A stretch of 64,000 bases of DNA from Octopus vulgaris (Eukaryota). The position numbers were made by a program, and so were the translations under genes. The stretch's first letter is position 1. Each line of letters opens with the position of its first letter. Where the stretch lies: assembly GCA_951406725.2 (NCBI GenBank), contig OX597817.1, forward strand, positions 11,532,001-11,596,000. Direction: 5' to 3'. Of this stretch, positions 39,919-54,264 are shown one piece after another. The notes below the pieces were generated by a model. The model worked only from the letters and a program-made list of their open reading frames with translations, made no database searches and had not been told where the DNA came from.

Positions 39919-40244
39919 TATATCATATCAATTTCATTTTCTGGCCAATATTATATTTTTCCAGACTGATTTTTAATTGTGGCAAGTAATTACACATTTT
40001 GAAATGCATTGAAATTTCCAAAAGCTGCAAAGACTCAGATTTGGTAAATTTACTATTGCTTCACTTCAAATTTCTGTTGTCTTAATCAGCTTTGTTTACA
40101 CTACCTGGGGCACTAACGGAGAAAGCCTTGCAAGTTAAGTGTATGAAGAAGTTAAAATGATTTCTGATGGCAGCGTAAAACTTGTTAGTCCTCAACAGAA
40201 GTTTCTTTATTGCAGAAGAGCACTGTGTTTCAGATTAGCAATGT

Positions 40245-40278
<34 letters not shown>

Positions 40279-40935
40279 GAGAGAGAGAGAGGGGGGGGGA
40301 CAAAAGAAGTAGAAGGAAAGTGAAAGAGAAGTGAAATAAAACTAGCAACAAAAAGAATCAAATAGAAAAAAATATATAAAAGTCAAGCAAAAATAATGTA
40401 AGTGAAGTGCTAATACAACATTTAACAAAATGACAAATGTAAATGCAGAAGAGCTGTTGTTGCAATAGACCATCGTCTATTCTTCCCTCGGTATCACAGA
40501 AACCTTAAATAGAATAGTGATGTTTTATAAAAAAGAAAAAGTAAAGAAAAGAAAACAATTTGGAAAAGAAAAAAGTCTCGTGAAATAAATAGAAATCTGA
40601 AAACGGCAATTTGTACTTTGGAAGAATAACAATAAGAACTTAAAAGAAAAGATAAAATGTGTTGAGTGACGCCAATTTAATTAAGAAACATGCTTTAGCA
40701 TACAAGTGATACCAATAGCCATAATATAATTAGATATACGTTTGGTAAACCTCAACATCGCGCGGCAGGGGACCAAGAATGCATCTGCGAATAGATGTAA
40801 TAAAAGACTATCTCTACAAACGTTTTAAAATTAATTTAGATATTTATAATAATAGTTAATAACACATTTAATAACCCATTGACAAACAGTTCTAAGTGAG
40901 TAAGCTACTTTTAGAATTTACAATAATAAAGATAA

Positions 40936-41334
40936 TCTTTATATATAAAAGTGAAGTTGTGTGTCTGTCTTCTACGATTTAGATTCCTAACTACTCCCAC
41001 ATTTTGCGGTGCAGTTTAACCAAAACCGGGTATCTTATAGTCGTGATTCATATCGAGCCCTGCTGGGTATTAGCGCGCGTCTACGATGAGTCTACGATTT
41101 TAAAAATAATTTACCATAATTTTTTTCCATTTTAATGCATTTTTTCGCTATTATATAAGGGAAGTAACTCTCTAAAAATGTCTACGATGAGTCAACGACT
41201 TTTAAAAAAATTTACCATCATTTTTTTTCCAATTTTTAATGCATTTCTTTGCTATTTTTTGGCTATAAATCTCTAAAAATGCTTATATAGTTATTTCCCT
41301 TACAAACCCGAGCAACGCCGAGCGATACTGCTAG
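40936..41334 (+). mobile_element. Non-autonomous Helitron flanked by 93-bp direct repeats
   Basis: A|TC...hairpin...CTAG|T; 40843-40935 is repeated at 41335-41427. Confidence 0.93.
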
Positions 41335-42040
41335 TTTATAATAATAGTTAATAACACATTTAATAACTCATTGACAAACACTTCTAAGTGAGTACGCTAC
41401 TTTTAGAATTTACAATAATAAAGATAATTACCTTTAAAATGGTACTTTAACGGAAACTTTAGACTCTTGTATACGCAAACACACACAATAAGATACTACA
41501 GACTATGACATAAGCAAAATATAACCGCATTTACATCTGTATGTGTGCTTATTTTCCTTTGAGTTTCTGTCTGTGTGCATGCGTGTAAGTGGGAAAATTT
41601 GGGACACTGAAACCATAATGAAAGAAATATGTAGAATAAAAATAAAGATTTTCAAAATCAACAATAATAACTGTGAAGGAGATTCCCAACAAGCAAACAC
41701 CGTAGGGGCAAATGCACTAGTGTGCGTAAAGTTGACAAAATTAGACTAATCTAGGCGTGTACTCTTACAATGGTGGTAGGATCACAGAGATAACAATTAA
41801 GAGGAAAGTTATAGAAATAACACAACAATCCCCAAGAATATGTGTGCGCGCGTGTGCCCTGTGCGTTGCCGGTGTGGGCTTTCCGGTTATTTCTACTTTA
41901 TGTTTTGTTTATATTTGGGTGTAATCATTTTATACATATGAGAAGAAGAAGGAGAAGAAGAAGAAGAAGAAGAAGAAGAAGAAGAAGAAGAAGAAGAAGA
42001 AGAAGAAGAAGAAGAAGAAGAAGAAGAAGAAGAAGAAGAA

Positions 42041-42207
42041 TTTCTACTATATGCACAAGGCCTGAAATTTTGGGGAAGGGGTTAAGTTGATTACATCGAC
42101 CCCAGTGTCCAACTGGCGGAATTTGAAGTCAGAACATAAAAGAAAGACGAAATATCGCTAAGCATTTCGCCCATGGCGCTAACGATTTTGTTAGATAGCA
42201 AATTTAA

Positions 42208-42302
<95 letters not shown>

Positions 42303-42395
42303 AGAATAAGAATATTACTGTATTGACTAGACGGCTGTAAACCACATTTAGGTCAATAGAAGCATAACGGACAGTGGAGATTTACTTAAACACCT

Positions 42396-42399
<4 letters not shown>
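42041..42399. repeat. Locally duplicated block, copy 2
   Basis: Matches 35711-36084; bounded by (GAA)n and (CA)n. Confidence 0.93.
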
Positions 42400-42437
<38 letters not shown>

Positions 42438-42706
42438 ACACAGCAAAAACTAAAACACAGCTGATTATATGAATATATAGGTATTTTTACATGTGTCCGT
42501 TTTTATTCTACTCAAAGAAAATACTCTTATATTGAACCCAGATTTCTATTTGTTAGACGAGGTTGCAATGACTTCCACCAACCCTATTTTAGAAAATATA
42601 TTCAAACATTCAGTTATCTGAGAACATATTTTCTATGGTTTATCAAATCAATTGGAAGGAAAGAAGCTTATAACAAGTCTAAGAGTCGGGAAATGCTCAA
42701 CATATA

Positions 42707-42874
42707 CAAGGAGTGGCTGTGTGGTAAGTAGCTTGCTAACCAACCACATGGTTCCGGGTTCAGTCCCACTGCGTGGCATCTTGGGCAAGTGTCTTCTGCT
42801 ATAGCCCCGGATCGACCAATGCCTTGTGAGTGGATTTGGTAGACGGACACTGAAAGAAGCCCGTCGTATATATG

Positions 42875-42909
<35 letters not shown>

Positions 42910-43110
42910 TTGTGTGTCTGTGTTTGTCCCTCTAGCATTGCTTGACAACCGATGCTGGTGTGTTTACGTCCCCGTTACTTAGCGGTTCGGCAAAAGAGAC
43001 CGATAGAATAAGTACTGGGCTCACAAAGAATAAGTCCCGGGGTCGATTTGCTTGACTAAAGGCGGTGCTCCAGCATGGCCGCAGTCAAATGCCTGAAACA
43101 AGTAAAAAAA
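42707..43110 (+). mobile_element. SINE A, full length
   Basis: Matches 961-1407. Confidence 0.92.
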
Positions 43111-45120
43111 ATATATTTTACTTATCGTTTCTAAGTTCCAGATCCAGCTGGAATTAACTTTACCATTCATATTTATTTATTTATTTGTGTTGGTGGGGGA
43201 TTGATAAAATAATTGTCAAATTACCGTGGACGATCTCGAAATTGCTGACTGTGACAGTGTGGTGGTACTTGTTCTGGCTCTTTAATGTTCTAAGCTGATA
43301 TTCCTAAGTTAATTTTGTCTTTTGTGTTTTAGAAGTTTATAATGTATCACAAGAATACTCTAATCAATATAATCAACAATGTCCGTACACTAATTTATGG
43401 TCTGGTGGGTTTGTTAAAAATTATTTTGAGAGCAGTTTTGCAAATCATTGCTAAGCGTACAAAATGATTCCTATTATCTTTGTTACATTTTTTCAGCATT
43501 TTGAGTTCAATTGCCATAGTTTTCTTCCTTATATGGTCGAAAACAGAAGTAAATCAGGTATACTAGACAGATCTCTTCTTTCTGGGGTGTGGGGTTGATT
43601 TCATTAAGTACTTAATTTAATCAATCCAAGTACTTTATTTTATCTACCCTAGAAAATGAAAAAAGGTTGGTCTCGGCGGAATTTGAACTCATTCTATCAA
43701 TTCTGCTAATCCAATATCTTTCCGAAATTCGAATTTCAACTATACAAAAATAAAGAGAACAGAAACAATAACAACAACTAAGTAAGCACGCAACATAAAC
43801 GGTTTTACTACACGAAGGAAAGAATGAAAAGGAAAAGCTAAGTCGTCTGTAGCAGCGAAGTGCTTCACGTTACGAAATAAAAAATTGTTTGATAGAAATT
43901 TGCGACAAGAGAGGCCACGTATCTGCAAAATGATTCCATTCAACAGTGAGGCAAAATAAAGGATACGTATCTATGCATAGACAAGGGAGAAGCAGGATTC
44001 CATAACAATAGGAAATGCATAGGTCGGGTAGGGATCACAGAATTGTATGTTTAATTTTTACAAGGGGGGAAAGGTGAAGAAACAAGCTGATTTGATAAGC
44101 CATGCCTCTGCCCATGCACGGGTGCCACAATATATAGGGCAATGCAATAGAAGGTTGATAGCGAAGAATGTTGACCTTTGATTCAGCATCATTTTAAAGG
44201 TGCAATATTAGGTGGTTGGTAATTATCAAGGTAATCAAGTACAGCATGTAGTCGGATAAAATTCAATAGCCATGAAAGTCCTGATAAACTCCTTAAGGTT
44301 ACAGAGCTATTTCGAACTTGTTCTCTGTCATAGGTGTTGAAGGAATTGCTGTGTGATAGTGGTGCAAAGCATGAAACTTAGCTGCTAAACATGTAGAAGT
44401 GAAATACGCTTGAGTTCTTTCTGCTTGGTGGAACCAGTTAAGCAGATGAAAGGTGAACAGCTGACGCCACAATAGCAAAAGCAGGATACAAAATCTACTG
44501 TTTTGAGATCACTGGTGACGCTTCTGAGGAGGGCCAGAAAACTCGCATCGTCCTTATTTCTTACGACGAAATATAGTGCTAAGATTCCCCTCCCAACAGA
44601 ATAAATTCATCGGCGCAAGAGAATAGTTAGCATGTGGAAGATCAACAGCAGTAAAAGCAGTCAGGTGTAGTGCAAAAAATAGAATATAGCAAGAAAGCAA
44701 TGTACACCAACGACATGCAAAACCAATTAAGAAAAGAACCCACCAATCTATGTCAACATCTGATTCACGACCCTGTGAATACGCAACTCTTCACTGAGAA
44801 CAAAGAAAGCGTTTTGAAAATTCGTTATGGGGACGTTGTGCTGAATAAGAAACGGGAAACAGGGCAGGATTTTTTAAATACACTCCCATGATATGCTATA
44901 AGTGAGCTACTCAACAAAGATCTATCACATCTGACGTATTCATTTTCGTTGCGGGTTGGAAAATGCAGAATATATTTACAAGCGCTTTGGATGCGTGACA
45001 GCTGGACCGAGTAGTGCGGTGCTCGACCAACCCTATGTAGTGACTTCAGAAATGTGTGAGAGGTGCCCTTATTTTTTGCTATATTTCATTTAATTATGTT
45101 GTCATAGGAAAGAACGAAGG

Positions 45121-45323
45121 AGTCTCATGGCTTTTGATCTTAACTGGTTGGAAATCTTATCATGTACATGTTTTGTCTTGGTATGAAAGATGGGCTACAG
45201 CAAATATTCTGTTCACTACCACAGATTTGCTTGTCAGTTGTTTGACTATAGCCAGCTGAGCATGTCACTTCGTGGCTGACGATATGTGAATCTCTGACCA
45301 CAAGCAGCAGTGGAAGAGCATCA
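45121..45323 (+). mobile_element. Dispersed repeat E, 5' part
   Basis: TATCATGTACAT..TTTTGTCTTGGTAT.AAAGATGGGCTACAGCAAATATTCTG shared with the copies at 27731 and 28501. Confidence 0.8.
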
Positions 45324-45431
45324 TATATGTATACGTATATGTACATATACACACATATATATACATACATATATATATATATACAAATATATGTGTGTAT
45401 ATATATATATATGTGCTTATATATGTGTATA

Positions 45432-45486
<55 letters not shown>

Positions 45487-45577
45487 CTATATATATATAT
45501 ATCTATATATCTATATATATAAACATGTATATATACATACATACATACATACATACATATACATACATATATATGTA

Positions 45578-45842
45578 GGCGCAGGAGTGGCTGTGTGGTA
45601 AGTAGCTTGTTTACCAACCACATTGTTCCGGGTTCAGTCCCACTGCGTGGCACCTCAGTCAAATGTCTTCCACTATAGCCCCGTGAGTGGATCTAATACG
45701 GAAGCTGAAAAAAGCCCGTCGTACATATGTGTGTGTGTGTATGTGACCGTGTGTGTTTGTGTGTCTGCGTTTGTCAGCCCAACATCACTTGACAACCGAT
45801 GCTCTTGTGTTTCCGTCCCCCTAACCTAGCGGTTCGGCCAAA
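45578..45842 (+). mobile_element. SINE A, 3' truncated
   Basis: GGCGCAGGAGTGGCTGTGTGGTAAG head to TAGCGGTTCGGC. Confidence 0.85.
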
Positions 45843-46145
45843 TAGCCTCCTCAAACATGTGGCACTTGGTGAAGAATGGAGTTTGATGTAGCTACCCTCA
45901 ATTGTACCTCTTACCGTGACGTAGGTTCATCTGGGTCTCGATAAGAAGCAGTCCAGCTTTGACTTATAAACGCCTACATCTACTTTGTGCAGGTTCCTGC
46001 TGTGGGCCCCTGAAACCCAGGCTGTTGCAGTAACTGTCTCTGAAGCGCGATGGCATTGCTGGGATTTTTGGCACTATGCAATGTCGACCCGTTCTGGCAT
46101 TGGAATAGCTTTCAATTCAAAAATATGGTACAATTCCGTCCAGGA

Positions 46146-46224
<79 letters not shown>

Positions 46225-46621
46225 AATTTATATAAATAAGGATAGGATCAATATTTAAATACCGATCTTATCAGGTGGTCAGAATGGGAATAAAAACCTT
46301 TCAAAGGTAATAATTATTCAAAAGTATAATTTAGGGTATCTAAGAGATACCACCACGCTGAACATAGCAGTCAAAACCTGATTCTAAAACCACATTAAAG
46401 GTGGGCAATTTAAATTCGCGTACATACATGCATATATATGTATGTGCATACGTTCGTATATGTAAGTATATCGGATGTTGTGTGTATATATTTTTGTATT
46501 TATGTGCTATCTGAGTGTATTCCACTGACGAAGGCAGAGCATCTCTTATGCAATGCCAGAAATCTATATATACATGTATATATATATATACACATATCTA
46601 TATATATATACATACACACAC

Positions 46622-46666
<45 letters not shown>

Positions 46667-46784
46667 TGTATACATACACATATATATATAGATATATGTA
46701 TATATATATTATATATGTGTGTATTATGTGTGTACGTGTGTATGTATACATATGTATATGTGTATATATGCATACGTATATATG

Positions 46785-46871
<87 letters not shown>

Positions 46872-47749
46872 AAGCGGAGCTGGAAGGCGCGAAAGGGTAC
46901 CAAAATGTTTGGGCACCGTAATGTTCCACGGTGCATGCTTATACTGGACATGGTTTGGTAGCAATCATGATAACTTGATAACTTCAGATAGGCCAGTACA
47001 CAGAATCCGACTCATAATCAATAAACAGTTGAACACAGGAAACGTAATCGGTATTTTGAACTTTGTATAATGTACACGTGTTTCAGTAACCCGAATGTCA
47101 TTATCACGTAAACCGGCTGACTATATTATGCAATTAATGCAGTCAACACGCTTCCTCAGCGTTATCAATAAAATATAACATGAAGAAAATTTCAACCTCT
47201 TATATACACCAGTATCCAAATTAAGCGCTAACTGGTCTCTGTAGCAGAATAGAGAGTGTAGGTACTGTGAGGGTGACGATGCGTAACAGAAGAGTTTGAG
47301 AGGGTGAAAATACAAAGTATACTAATGTCACATCGAGCCTCGTGCACACTCCGGTGGCTCCTAATTCAGGCATGTTCGCATACACATACAGAAGTACGTA
47401 CATGTGTACATACGGAGGCGTGTATGAGTGTGTGCGGCACGCAATAATGGTAGTCGGCCTACTAAAATGTATGCACGTTATATAAAGCATAAAATACCGG
47501 TTACGTTTTCTTTTTTGTGTAGATATTATATATATATATATATATAAATATGTGTGCATATGGATGTATGTGTGTGTCTGTCTGTCTGTCTCTGTGTGTC
47601 TGTCTGACTGTTTTTGAGTACGTATGTATATATTGCTAAGTTTATAAAATATTTTACCTTAGGATGAAAAATAACTTCATTTTATTTTTGACAGCAAAAC
47701 GTTTTTATTAATGATAAAACAAGACAGAACACAAATCAAACGAGTGGCT

Positions 47750-47815
<66 letters not shown>

Positions 47816-48357
47816 AGATAGCGAAAGAGAGAGAGGGTGTACGTGGGGTGGGAAAGAGAGGAAGGAAGGGTACAATAGAGAGAGAAAAAGTGAGATGGAA
47901 GGGAATGAAAAGTTGACTACCAGATGTTCAGGTCTGAAATATTTTTGAGAGAGAGGAAACCGATCCTTTATGTGACATCTTTGAAAATAACTCTGTGTCA
48001 CCCCCACCTATCACTCTTTAATTCCTATATATAGGAATGGCGAGTGAAAGCGATGTAACACCAGTTATGCGACTCTGTGTGTGTGTGTATGAGTGTGTGT
48101 GTGTGTGTGTGTGTGAGTGTGTGTATGTGTGTGAGTGAATGTGCCCATATATATGTTTATATATTGAAGTATATAGAATGTACTTGTAAACGTTTGCATA
48201 TGTATGCATGTTCGTGCGTTTGTGTATGCAGAGATATGCACATATATATATTTATATGCAAATGTATCCATGTGTATATGTGTGCGAATGTGTATGTGTA
48301 TGTGTATGTGTGTGTGTGCGAGTGTGTATGTTTATGTATGTGTGTATGCGAGTGTGC

Positions 48358-48404
<47 letters not shown>

Positions 48405-49734
48405 ATCAAAATTTTCCGCAGGTTCTGGCGGGAAGATATTGAAATTATTCCGCAAATGAAAAGCATTATAAGCTGTGGAAAAAGAATTTAAAGAGAGCCG
48501 CACTAGTTCGGATTTTGTCACCGGTAATTCCTTTACCCAACGATCGAAAAATAGAATGAGCCAACACACATCCTACTGTTGGATTTAACCCTGATCAATC
48601 GGAACTGTGATCAAATGCACTCTAACATTGACTATCTCATCTTATATTCAAAGACTGGAAAACAGCATCTTTGGAGTCTGTGAAACTCGTACGAGAAAGA
48701 CAAGATGTTGCCTCAAATACTTAACTGGTACTTTATTTTATCGATCTTGGCGAGATGAGAGAAAAAGTTGATCTCGATCGGTTCTGAACCCATAATACAA
48801 AGAGTTGGAATAAATATTGAAAGGCAGCTTAACTGATGCTCTAAGAATACTAGAATGAAACGATGTAAAGGCATATTTGGTATCAAAAGGATCTGAGCTC
48901 GGTACACGAAGTATCAGAACAATTATAGTTCGTCATTTTGTTCTACGCTTGTAGCTTTTTAAAAACACTGTAAGGTATGATTTAAGTTTACAAATAAATT
49001 TTTTCGTGGTGCTAGACATGTTAGAAGCTACTTCGCTGGTTCGTAAACACTTAGTTTAAACGACAATTCTCTGATTGTTATAGATAATTTTTGGAAGCAG
49101 CAACGGTCGGTCCCATTTTAATTGTCCTTTAGCATTGGCTCGACCCACTGCCTCTTGTTGTTGTTGTTAAGCAACAAGACGGGTAAGGGTGATTAGGTGA
49201 TGGTCTAGGGCTTAGGGGCGGGAGACCCCAGACCTTGGGAAAAAAAACCTTGGTTGTCTTGTTGTAGTCGAGGGCTCTTCGTTGACGCCCGACACCACTG
49301 GGAGGTGGCCCTCGAAGTCGCTGGAAATGGAGATCTCCAGGTCCAAATTCTTGAACGGCCCCACTGTCTCTAAGTGAAAGTGGGTTGAAGATAACGGTGT
49401 AGAAGCCCAGCGGTGAATTGTACATGTAATCTAGTGATTCAGCAATGTATTTTATCAACGGGATCCTCAGCCACCTACACCATATTTTAACAAGTAATTA
49501 GTTCAGTTGATCAAAAAACAATGAAAATTTACAAAGAATCAATCAGGCAGCGATGATATTTGTGTATATAAACTACTTTGTGCATGAATATTGTATGATA
49601 TTGGTAGCATAATACAAACTGCGGATCTCACATTTAGTTATCCGATACGTTATCTGCTCAACAATCTGTAACTTTATATTATTTACTCAAGGCATGAATG
49701 CAATTGCCAAAAACAATTGTTTTAACTATTGTAT

Positions 49735-50056
49735 CTTTTTACTCTTACGTGTTTCAATCATTGGATTGCAGCCGTGATAGAGCGTAGCTTTGTTGGGTCT
49801 GTCGTACATATCGACCCCAATAAATAGTTTGGTAAGTCTGGTAATTATTGTATTCGTCTCTTTTGCTGATCCGTTGGTACAGGGATATAAACACACTAGC
49901 GCTAGTTATCACACGATGGGTTCTTCACAGTTGTCAACCAAATTCACTGACATGGAATTAGTTGACCCAGGACTGTAGTGGAAGACGCTTGTCCAGGCTA
50001 CCGTGCTATGGGACTGAGCCCGAAACTACGTGACTGTAAAGCGATCTTCTTAACCA
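49735..50056 (-). mobile_element. Degenerate SINE A-related copy
   Basis: GTTTCAATCATTGGATTGCAGCC...TCTCTTTTGCTGA.CCG...GAAGAC.CTTGTCCA...TGGGACTGAGCCCGAAAC. Confidence 0.6.
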
Positions 50057-50797
50057 ATGATAGTTGTGTAGCCCACGTGTCTGTTAGGTAACCACATGAT
50101 ATGACACCTATATAAAGTTTTCATACACTTGATATATGAGATTTAATAACGATGTTTAAAAGCAAAATAATATCAGGTTAATAGAAATAAGTAAGTCAAC
50201 GGGCCAACATCAGAGCCCTTACCTAGTCACATGATCTGCTGAAATTAGCAACCGAATTTCATTCCCATCTCTTCCTACCGTCTTAAAGAAAGAAGAGCAT
50301 AGTAAAATAATGTAGTCTTCCATTCATTATGTCTGAATTAAAGAAAAAGTCTATAAGGTTATGGAATGATAACCATTTTTGTTTTCTCGAATGCGAATGC
50401 AAGATGCTATTTGAGTAAATATAAATGCGAAGAAAGACAACGAAAGAACGCTTTTCTGTTCAAAGACCCAAATCGAGGAAAATAGAATTCGCTATCATGG
50501 GAGGATAAAATATTGTTCTCCTACGGTCAGCATATATGACTTTTTACAGAAGATGTTGTTTAAATTCTTATCAGACAATTGAATTATAGATATTTTACAT
50601 GAATTCTCATTCATTTAAATCTATACATACACGTGTGTAGATATATATATATATACACACACGCACATATAACACACCAAATATATACAGATAGATAGAT
50701 TCAGGCATACCATTGTGTACACACGCACATACACATATACATGCATGCACCATGCCCCCAAAAAAACACACTCATATATCATAGCATAAGCGTTGTA

Positions 50798-50869
<72 letters not shown>

Positions 50870-50870
<1 letters not shown>

Positions 50871-51177
50871 CAATTATCAATAATAAAGGATGAAATTAAT
50901 TAATTTAGAAATAATCATTAATTTCACCAAGTAGAGTTCGGCATGTAAAAGCCCCATTCAAGGAAGGTTTAAGTAATACTAAGTAATTAAGGGTTTAGCA
51001 ACGATTTGCCTCACCACACACCGAATTTAGAAATAGCAGTCAAAAAGTTTTGGCTATTCTTTCTACTTTGGTTTTACTGGGATCTCCCTTTTAAGTAGAA
51101 AGAATAGCCAAAACTTTTTGACTGCTATTTCTAAGTTCGGTGTGTGGTGAGGCAAATCGTTGCTAAACCCTTAATTA

Positions 51178-51181
<4 letters not shown>
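50870..51181. repeat. Fold-back element in (TA)n, 89-bp arms
   Basis: 50980-51068 versus 51093-51181, one mismatch, 24-nt loop. Confidence 0.93.
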
Positions 51182-51228
<47 letters not shown>

Positions 51229-51270
51229 CATATTAACTGATACAGAATTCAATATATTGTGTATAATACA

Positions 51271-51309
<39 letters not shown>

Positions 51310-52056
51310 AAAGTTGACATCTGTATTTCGCCTTTGGCTGTTCCAGAGTGAAAGAGGGGGAAATGGTGGTTTTCAGAATTTATAAAATTAAGTGGGCATA
51401 AAAGGTGTCAGTATAGGTGTGGGTGGGTGGGGGTGTAAAGTGTAATTGTAACACTTAACATTTAAATATTGGGAACACAATTGCCCACGTAGATTATAAT
51501 TATATACATACGTATTGAGCTCTGTATCAGTTGTTTGGAGGGGTAGTTAATAGATACTATCGACTCTCTTGCTAGGTGATTTAATTGACCCACCTTCATT
51601 TAAGGGTTGATTGATAAATTTGACCTTAGCGTGATTTGAACACAGAATGAAAAGACTTGGTATCTGCACTATGTAAAATATATATTTGGATATACTTTTA
51701 CATAACAATGCAACACCTCCCTAATAAGGTCAAGCACAAAAAGAAAAAAGAAAATCTGAATATTTATACAAATATGATCACCTTAAAGGCTACTTATAAA
51801 CTCAATAGTTTAAAATAAAGGTTTAAATATACAACACCTCACACATCCTGACAACTCTTACGCCTCCTTAACCTTTTATGTATTACAGGCTTGTTTTCTC
51901 CCTCACATTAGCGAACAGCCATGAACGAAACTTAGTGTAGACTATCAACGTTTGATTATATTAGAAACCACAACTAAGAAGAGCAGTTAATACACTTCAT
52001 TATGTAGGGCTGTGAGTTCAAGTCCAACCATATTCAGTGTCTCGAGTATGAAAACA

Positions 52057-52274
52057 CGAGGGGTTACTGAGCAGTTTCTGGCTTTGGGTAAAAGAAAACA
52101 CAGGAGGATCCGTTAATTATAATTTTATTCAACGTATTCGCCCTCTCAGATTCACACACTAATTGTAGTGGTCTTTCAGTTTTTCTAAGCTCCCTAAAAG
52201 AATTCGGAAGGTTGGTCCACCAGCCAGATCTTTCGCGATACCCTCGAAGCCAGGAAAATTTCAACACTCCCTCG
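52057..52274. mobile_element. mariner-type MITE
   Basis: Imperfect TIRs CGAGGGGTTACTGAGCAGTTTCTGGCTTTGGGTA and TACCCTCGAAGCCAGGAAAATTTCAACACTCCCTCG. Confidence 0.7.
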
Positions 52275-52906
52275 AAAGGATGTAAATACAACGTAATTAA
52301 GTTTGTTTAAGCTTTACAAACACAATCGTGCCATATCCGAATAAAATTATAGAGCGATTAGATTTCCGATTTCGCTCTATAATTAAGCTTGTCTACTCTT
52401 TGACATAAAATTAAAATGTAGATACAAAGCATGTCATCTCATTCAAAGATATTGACTTCCAGGATTGCTCTTTCGCTATTACCTATTTGGACTTTACACA
52501 ATCTGAAGATCAAACACTTCAGAAAAAAATACTATTTAGAAAAAGAAAATTACTACTATGGCTCCCTGTAAACTTCCAGCTAACTTATAGCTTTTAAAAT
52601 AATCACACAATTTCCTCGGGTACAACTAATACTTAGATATTAGCGGATTTGGGCACAAACAATTGGGCGTTAGATTGACTTATGCTTGGATAAATTGCAT
52701 CCTTACATCGAGATCCTGCTGGTGGTTGCATAATGTTTCATTTGGTTACAATAAATACGTTATAGACTATTAATTTTCAACAGACGTTTTTGTAATATCT
52801 AGCAACACGTTAGTGAAGGACACAAAAAATGAATAAATAAAATAAAATCTCTTAAGCATTCAAACTAATATACGCACCAAGATGACTACTTATAGACTAT
52901 AGTTTA

Positions 52907-53307
<401 letters not shown>

Positions 53308-54264
53308 TATGTGTGTGTGTGTATAGGTATCCGTCGTGACAAGACGTACTTTTCATAGATCCGGCAAGTCAGTAACCAAAGAAACAGATTTCAACTCAAA
53401 CCAGCAGTAACTTTCCTTGTTTTAGTCCCAGAACCCTTGAGTTCTACTATTTTACTATCACCGGAGGATAAAATTACACAAATTTATATAGAACATGGAG
53501 AAACAAATATAAACCAAAACCAAACCCAAGATTAGTTCTAAAACTAGTCCTGTGAGTGCAATTATTTTCTCTTGATTTGTATTAAACACATCACTCATTC
53601 TGATTGATACTAAATACACTGAACTCTCCCACACATACCCACATATAGCCACGTATTTCCGAATATATCGACACAAACTTTTCAACGGTGCATTCATGAT
53701 TATACATCAAATCATCAATTACTGACGTACAATGTATAATACTGTCCTATCCACTGAATATGGTCAATAATATTCTAAAACGCCACTGGGTAAAAAGCGA
53801 AATCCGTGCACTGGTAAACGCTTGGTATACTCACCATAACGATTGTGTAAAAGCTAATGTCTACAGTAAAATCGCTTAAAAATTAGCGTCGCAATCCTTT
53901 TACAGATCTGTAAAACAGATCGAAAACAAAATAAACCACAAGATCGTTTCATACTTTACACACGCACATAGTAACACTGGAAGCCATACTTGTCAAGGGA
54001 CGTAGCGCACCAACTGACCCAATGCCAACAGGTCAGGGGTCACTTCAACGACCCGTTAGCCAGCAATTAAATAACATCCTCATTGATATCGCTATCTGAC
54101 CTAATTCCACTCAACACTATTGTGGCAAGTCAGGACTCACTATCGTAGCAACAATAGCCTGTTACTGCTACTATATTGGAAGCACCTTGTTTGGCACCAG
54201 TATCTGACCTGATTCCACCCAGCCCTACAGTTGCAGGTCAAGCTCCACTGCTATTACAGCATAA

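Noticed and set aside
43740-45060. Long higher-complexity stretch, possibly coding or a decayed retroelement
   Set aside because: No sustained open frame or motif that I could identify with confidence.
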